12,153 nt of DNA from contig JBHHXT010000147.1 in NCBI GenBank assembly GCA_046757165.1, forward strand, positions 1 to 12,153, given 5' to 3'. Positions 7,395 to 12,153 of this stretch are shown here, piece by piece (the first letter of the stretch is position 1; each line of letters starts with the position of its first letter). The translations under genes and the position numbers were made by a program. The DNA comes from a bacterium. GTDB taxonomy: Bacteria; Zhuqueibacterota; Zhuqueibacteria; Oceanimicrobiales; Oceanimicrobiaceae. The notes beneath the pieces are model-generated. The model saw nothing but the letters and a program-made list of their open reading frames with translations, was not told the DNA's origin and made no database searches.

Positions 7395-10257
7395 GCTTTT
7401 GCTTTTTCCCTGCCCGAATCAGCTCTCGCTCGAGAAACTCGCCGGTATAAGACCGGGCGACCTCCGCCACCTGCTCCGGCGTGCCCGTGGCGATGACCCG
7501 GCCGCCGCCATCCCCACCCTCTGGCCCCAAGTCGATAATACGATCTGCGGTTTTGATGACATCCAAGTTGTGCTCGATGACGATCACGGTGTTGCCCTTA
7601 TCCACGAGCCGATCGAGTACATTGAGCAGCATCTTGATATCCTCGAAATGCAGGCCGGTGGTGGGCTCATCGAGAATGTACAAGGTTTGGCTGGTACTCA
7701 CCCTGGAGAGTTCAGTCGCGAGCTTTACCCGCTGCGCCTCGCCTCCAGAGAGCGTCGTGGCCTGCTGTCCGAGATGAATATAGCCCAGGCCGACGTCGTG
7801 CAGCGTCTTTAGCTTGCGCCGTATTCTCGGAATGTTTTCGAAAAACTCGAGCGCCTCGCTCACGGTCATGTCCAGGACATCCGAAATGGACTGGCCTTTG
7901 TATTTTATCTCCAGCGTCTCCCGGTTGTAGCGCCGGCCTTTGCAAACCTCACAGGTGACATAGACGTCGGGCAGAAAGTGCATCTCGATCTTGATGAGGC
8001 CATCACCCCGGCACGCTTCGCAGCGCCCGCCTTTGACGTTGAAACTGAACCGACCGACCTTGTAGCCCCGAATTTTGGCCTCCGGCACTTGCGAGAACAA
8101 ATCACGGATGTGTGCGAACAACCCGGTGTAGGTCGCCGGGTTGGAGCGCGGCGTGCGCCCGATCGGCGATTGATCAATTTCGATCACTTTGTCGACGTGC
8201 TCGAGCCCGATGATTTTCTCATAGGCCAGGGGCGGCTGTTTGCTGCGGTAAAAATGGCGCGCCAGAATGCGGTAGAGCGTTTCGTTGATGAGCGTGCTTT
8301 TGCCAGAACCGGAGACGCCGGTAATACAATTGAAAACGCCGAGGGCGATATTTACTTCCACACTTTTGAGATTGTTGCCGCAGGCGCCTTTCAGGGTGAT
8401 GAATTTTCCGTTCCCCTCACGGCGCGTCTTCGGCACAGGAATACACTTCTTACCCGCGAGATACTGACCGGTCAGCGAGTGCTCGTTTTGCGCCACTTCC
8501 TGCGACGTGCCGGTGGCGACAACGTGGCCGCCCCGGGCGCCTGCGCCTGGCCCGAGATCGAGCACGTAGTCGGCCGCTTCGATGGTTTCCTGGTCGTGCT
8601 CCACCACGACAACCGTGTTGCCGAGGTCGCGCAACTGGATGAGCGTATTGAGCAAGCGCCGGTTGTCACGCTGGTGCAAACCGATGGAAGGTTCGTCCAG
8701 AATGTACAGCACACCGACCAGCTGCGAACCGACCTGGGTTGCGAGCCGAATGCGCTGCGCCTCACCCCCGGAAAGGGTACTCGCACTCCTGTCCAACGAC
8801 AGGTAGCCCAGGCCGACATTCACCAGAAATCCCAACCGCTCGCGAATTTCTTTCAGAATCTGATGCGCAATTTCCTGCTCGCGCTCTGTGAGCTCCAGGG
8901 TCTCGAAAAACTCGAAGCATTTGTCGATGGACAGCGCGGTCACTTCTTTGATGCTCTTCTCGCCAACCCGCACCGCCTGTGCTTCCTTGCGCAAGCGCCC
9001 ACCCCGGCACTCCGGACAAAGCTTGACGTTCATGAACCCCTCGATCCAGGAGCGAATATGGCTCGATTCTGTCTGCTTGTACCGCCGCTCCAGGTTCGGG
9101 ATCACCCCCTCATAAGTACTGGAGAATTCGTAGTTGACGTTCTTCTTTTCCCTTTGATAGACAAACCGGATCTCCTCGCCATTCGAGCCCTTCAGCACCA
9201 CCGCCTGCTGTTGTGGGGCCAACCGTTGCCACGGCTGTTTCATATCGATACCGTAGTGCTCTGCCACGGACTGCAACTGCGTGAAGTACCACCCTTCTCT
9301 ACTATCGTTCCAGGTCGCGATGGCGCCTTGCTGCAACGAGCGGGTCGGGTCCGGCACCACCAGGTCCGGATCGACTTCCATCTTGGTGCCGAGGCCGTTG
9401 CACCCCGGACAGGCGCCGTACGGACTGTTGAAAGAGAACATTCTCGGCGCGAGCTCCTCGTAGGAGATGCCACACTTGATGCAGGCGAAATGCTCGCTGA
9501 ACAGAAGCTCGCTGGCCTGTCCATTCGTTTCGTCATTCAGGAGGTCGACGAGCACAATTCCCGAGGCGATCAACAGCGCGGTTTGCAACGAGTCCGCCAG
9601 GCGGGTCTCGATCTTGGCGTCGACGATCAGACGGTCCACGACGATCTCGATGTTGTGCTTTTTGTTTTTCTCCAGCTTGATTTCGCCCGACAGGTCGAGC
9701 ATGTCGCCATCGACGCGTACGCGCACAAAGCCATCCCGTCGCGCCTCTTCAAACACTTCGCGGTACTCTCCTTTACGGCCACGGATGACCGGCGCCAGGA
9801 TCTGAAGTTTCTTCCCGGGCTCGAGCGCCAGAATCTGGTCGACCATCTGCTGCACGGTTTGCCGCTGAATCGGCTGACCGCAACTGTAACAATACGGCTT
9901 ACCGATGCGGGCAAAGAGCAAACGCAGGTAGTCGTAGATCTCAGTTACGGTGCCCACGGTCGAGCGCGGGTTCTGGCTCGCTTTGCGCTGCTCGATGGAG
10001 ATGGCAGGCGACAGCCCTTCGATGTAATCCACATCTGGCTTCTCCATCAAGCCGAGAAATTGTCTGGCATAAGCCGAAAGCGATTCCACGTACCGGCGCT
10101 GCCCTTCGGCGTAAATCGTGTCGAACGCCAGTGAAGATTTGCCGGAGCCGGACAGCCCGGTGATGACCACCAGCTTCTCTCTCGGGATCTCAACGTCGAT
10201 ATTCTTCAGATTGTGCTCGCGCGCACCTTTAATGACGATCTTGTTGGACACAGCCAT
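7366..10257 (-). CDS. uvrA: Excinuclease ABC subunit A
   Basis: [10 protein letters not shown]; two Walker A motifs ([16 protein letters not shown]); two LSGGEAQR signatures; LDEP Walker B motifs; CxxC zinc modules; [14 protein letters not shown]; 963 aa. Confidence 0.99.
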   Translation of the reverse strand: MAVSNKIVIKGAREHNLKNIDVEIPREKLVVITGLSGSGKSSLAFDTIYAEGQRRYVESLSAYARQFLGLMEKPDVDYIEGLSPAISIEQRKASQNPRSTVGTVTEIYDYLRLLFARIGKPYCYSCGQPIQRQTVQQMVDQILALEPGKKLQILAPVIRGRKGEYREVFEEARRDGFVRVRVDGDMLDLSGEIKLEKNKKHNIEIVVDRLIVDAKIETRLADSLQTALLIASGIVLVDLLNDETNGQASELLFSEHFACIKCGISYEELAPRMFSFNSPYGACPGCNGLGTKMEVDPDLVVPDPTRSLQQGAIATWNDSREGWYFTQLQSVAEHYGIDMKQPWQRLAPQQQAVVLKGSNGEEIRFVYQREKKNVNYEFSSTYEGVIPNLERRYKQTESSHIRSWIEGFMNVKLCPECRGGRLRKEAQAVRVGEKSIKEVTALSIDKCFEFFETLELTEREQEIAHQILKEIRERLGFLVNVGLGYLSLDRSASTLSGGEAQRIRLATQVGSQLVGVLYILDEPSIGLHQRDNRRLLNTLIQLRDLGNTVVVVEHDQETIEAADYVLDLGPGAGARGGHVVATGTSQEVAQNEHSLTGQYLAGKKCIPVPKTRREGNGKFITLKGACGNNLKSVEVNIALGVFNCITGVSGSGKSTLINETLYRILARHFYRSKQPPLAYEKIIGLEHVDKVIEIDQSPIGRTPRSNPATYTGLFAHIRDLFSQVPEAKIRGYKVGRFSFNVKGGRCEACRGDGLIKIEMHFLPDVYVTCEVCKGRRYNRETLEIKYKGQSISDVLDMTVSEALEFFENIPRIRRKLKTLHDVGLGYIHLGQQATTLSGGEAQRVKLATELSRVSTSQTLYILDEPTTGLHFEDIKMLLNVLDRLVDKGNTVIVIEHNLDVIKTADRIIDLGPEGGDGGGRVIATGTPEQVAEVARSYTGEFLERELIRAGKKQKHGQTGCERE

Positions 10258-10424
10258 CTTCAGAGAGATGTCCTTCTTTGTAGGTCAAAAAATGATGAGT
10301 ATCAATATAAACACTTCCGCAAAGTTTTGAAAGAAGTTTCTCATGAAAAACACCGCGCCGCATCGACCGCCGGGCCCTCTGCACTTCCCGGGTCAGCCGC
10401 TCCCGCGCGCCTCATGTCAATTTC

Positions 10425-10604
10425 CTGGATGTCCCAAAAGTTCTTTTTGAGACGAATAATCTTATGATAATTCAAGAATGGAGAAATAGTGATCCTACAC
10501 AGTTTGCAACTGTGTATACCTCTCGGATTGGGTCGAAAACACGGTTGCAAACCGTGTTGGATCCGGCTTGGAGTAACTCCCCCCCAAATGGGCGGGACAT
10601 CCAG
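10425..10604. mobile_element. 180-bp MITE-like non-autonomous element
   Basis: Perfect 11-bp terminal inverted repeats CTGGATGTCCC (10425-10435) / GGGACATCCAG (10594-10604), abutted by an imperfect direct repeat CTCATGTCAATTTC (10411-10424) / TCTCATGCAATTTC (10605-10618). No transposase inside. Confidence 0.65.
10491..10563. repeat. Inverted doublet of REP-like palindromes (REPIN/BIME-like)
   Basis: GATCC-TACACAGTT-TGC-AACTGTGTA (10491-10516) and, on the minus strand, GATCC-AACACGGTT-TGC-AACCGTGTT (10563-10538); 21-bp spacer. Confidence 0.8.
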
Positions 10605-10683
10605 TCTCATGCAATTTCCGATTGTTATTGACGTGCATATTGCTTATTTTGGGTCTTTCGTCGTTATGCAAATACGGAGCAAG

Positions 10684-11322
10684 ATGGCAAAAACCAAACA
10701 AAAATACTATGTGGTTTGGAAAGGCAGGAAGAGCGGTATCTTCGAATCCTGGCAGGAGTGCAACAAACAAGTGTCGGGATTTGCAGGCGCCCGATTCAAA
10801 GCGTTTCCGACAAGGCAGGCTGCCGAGCAAGCCTTCCAAAATGACAGCAGCGACTACATCGGAGCCAAAACCTTTGAGCCGGACCTCTCTGCAGAAAAGC
10901 TGAAGGCCATCGGTGCTCCGGTGCTGGACAGCATTTCTGTCGATGCCGCGTGTGACATGGTGACCGGCGTGATGGAATATCGCGGCGTCGAAACTCGAAC
11001 CGGCAAAGTGCTCTTCCAGCGCGGGCCGTTTGAAGGCGGGACCAACAATGTCGGCGAGTTTCTCGCCATCGTGCACGCAGCCGCGCTCTTGAAGAAGCAA
11101 AACAGCAAGCTGCCAATCTACACGGATAGTCGCACAGCGATGAGCTGGGTGCGGAAAAAGAAGGCGAACACCAAACTGGCTGCAACGAAGAAGAACGAAA
11201 AGCTGTTCGAGCTCATCGCTCAGGCTGAACAATGGCTGGCCGAAAACGAGATCTCGAACAAGATCTTGAAGTGGGAAACCCGCGCCTGGGGTGAGATTGC
11301 GGCGGATTATGGACGGAAATGA
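10684..11322 (+). CDS. rnhA: Ribonuclease HI with N-terminal hybrid-binding (Cauli_VI) domain, Bacillus halodurans type
   Basis: N-terminal KYYVVWKGRKSGIFESWQECNKQVSGFAGARFKAF; catalytic motifs SISVDAAC, GTNNVGEFLAIVH, IYTDS, KWETRAWGEIAADYGRK; SD GGAG before ATG 10684. Confidence 0.93.
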   Translation: MAKTKQKYYVVWKGRKSGIFESWQECNKQVSGFAGARFKAFPTRQAAEQAFQNDSSDYIGAKTFEPDLSAEKLKAIGAPVLDSISVDAACDMVTGVMEYRGVETRTGKVLFQRGPFEGGTNNVGEFLAIVHAAALLKKQNSKLPIYTDSRTAMSWVRKKKANTKLAATKKNEKLFELIAQAEQWLAENEISNKILKWETRAWGEIAADYGRK

Positions 11323-11387
11323 GTTGCTGAGGTGTGCAGAATCGCTACTCTGCCACGATTTGGGCGATCAACTCGATATATTCTCTA

Positions 11388-12128
11388 TCATAGACGATCT
11401 TGTGATCCTTCCAGGAGCAGGTTCAACGCGCAGCTCAAAAGCGCCATCAGATCGACAGCGTCTTTGATTTGCAAACTTTGCAACTCCGAAGATGACGCTT
11501 TGAGATGGATCAGTTGCTGTTGCAATTCGTTGAGTTTGACCAGAATTGGATGCTTCCAATCTTCGCAGCTTGTAATGATTCTTCTCTCCGTTTGACAGCT
11601 TTGCCGGTACAAGAAACAACCCCAGCCCTTTCGTCCCGGAAACCGACTCGTCATATCGGGCCGTCATCAGAAGAAGCTCTGCATTCGCGTTGGAGCAGAA
11701 CCATTTTTCTCCCTGCACCCGCCACTTTCCCTCGGAATCCAGGGTGGCAAGGGTATCATTGAGTCCGACATCCGAGCCCCCTTGTATTTCCGTCACAAAC
11801 TGTGCGCCTGTAAAGTTTGTTTCATAGCAAGGATCGATGAGTTTTTCCAAATAGAATGATTTCTCCGGAATATTCGACGAACTCCTGCCGTGCAGGCAAC
11901 CGGGCAATTGTGGCCGGCTTCGCCGGCATGACTGCTGAGAAAAAACAGCGCCAGGCTTTCCAGCAAATTTCCGGGTTGCGATACTTTCTCCATCATTCCA
12001 CTGCCATAGATGATGTTGCCCGCTTGAACATAGGCCGGATGATGCACGATCTCGTCACACCACTCCCCGGTGCTGTCGTATGCCTCGAGCCTGGGTAGAT
12101 AGAACAAAGCGCCAAAACTCAGAATCAC
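11388..12128 (-). pseudogene. AidB-like acyl-CoA dehydrogenase pseudogene in three reading-frame pieces
   Basis: Piece 1: LPRLEAYDSTGEWCDEIVHHPAY...EAGHNCPVACTAG. Piece 2: GAQFVTEIQGGSDVG...GEKWFCS...GTKGLGLFLVP...KLRRL. Piece 3: helical tail EDWKHP...GSQDRL ending TGA TAG. Frame switches near 11875 and 11560; in-frame TGA upstream at 12146-12144. Confidence 0.85.
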
Positions 12129-12153
12129 GCCCCGTTGGCAGCGTCAGGTTGAT

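Noticed and set aside
7978..10134. 718-aa ORF on the + strand
   Set aside because: Antisense shadow of uvrA in GC-rich coding DNA; no recognisable motifs.
10258..10340. LexA/SOS box upstream of uvrA
   Set aside because: No CTGT-N8-ACAG or GAAC-N4-GTTC match found; only a TATATT -10-like hexamer (minus strand, 10309-10304) with a poor -35.
10491..10563. CRISPR mini-array
   Set aside because: The two units are inverted rather than direct, there is only one 21-bp spacer, and no cas genes are present.
7366..12128. uvrA + rnhA + aidB-like as a dedicated DNA-repair cluster
   Set aside because: The genes are divergent/convergent rather than operonic, and the aidB-like gene is a pseudogene; no evidence of co-regulation.

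Overview
Bacterial chromosomal window; the DUF3098/tRNA-Asp/PTS-IIA content weakly suggests an FCB-group organism. Left ~3 kb is the decaying edge of an accessory, defence-like region. It holds the C-terminal tail of a probable Schlafen/AlbA_2-type ATP-binding protein, a 686-aa fusion of a RelE/ParE-like domain to a UvrD-type SF1 helicase with no adjacent antitoxin, and a previously uncalled two-gene relic (small protein with a Trp->stop change plus a truncated nucleotidyltransferase). The centre is housekeeping: DUF3098-like protein, tRNA-Asp(GTC), PTS IIA, TrmH-family methyltransferase, CPBP protease, an atypical stand-alone receiver, and on the minus strand uvrA overlapping a patatin. Between divergent uvrA and rnhA lies a 180-bp MITE-like element (11-bp terminal inverted repeats, ~14-bp imperfect flanking direct repeat) carrying an inverted pair of co-varying REP-like hairpins. 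The right end is an AidB-like acyl-CoA dehydrogenase pseudogene broken by several deletions. All family calls come from motif recognition; no searches were run.
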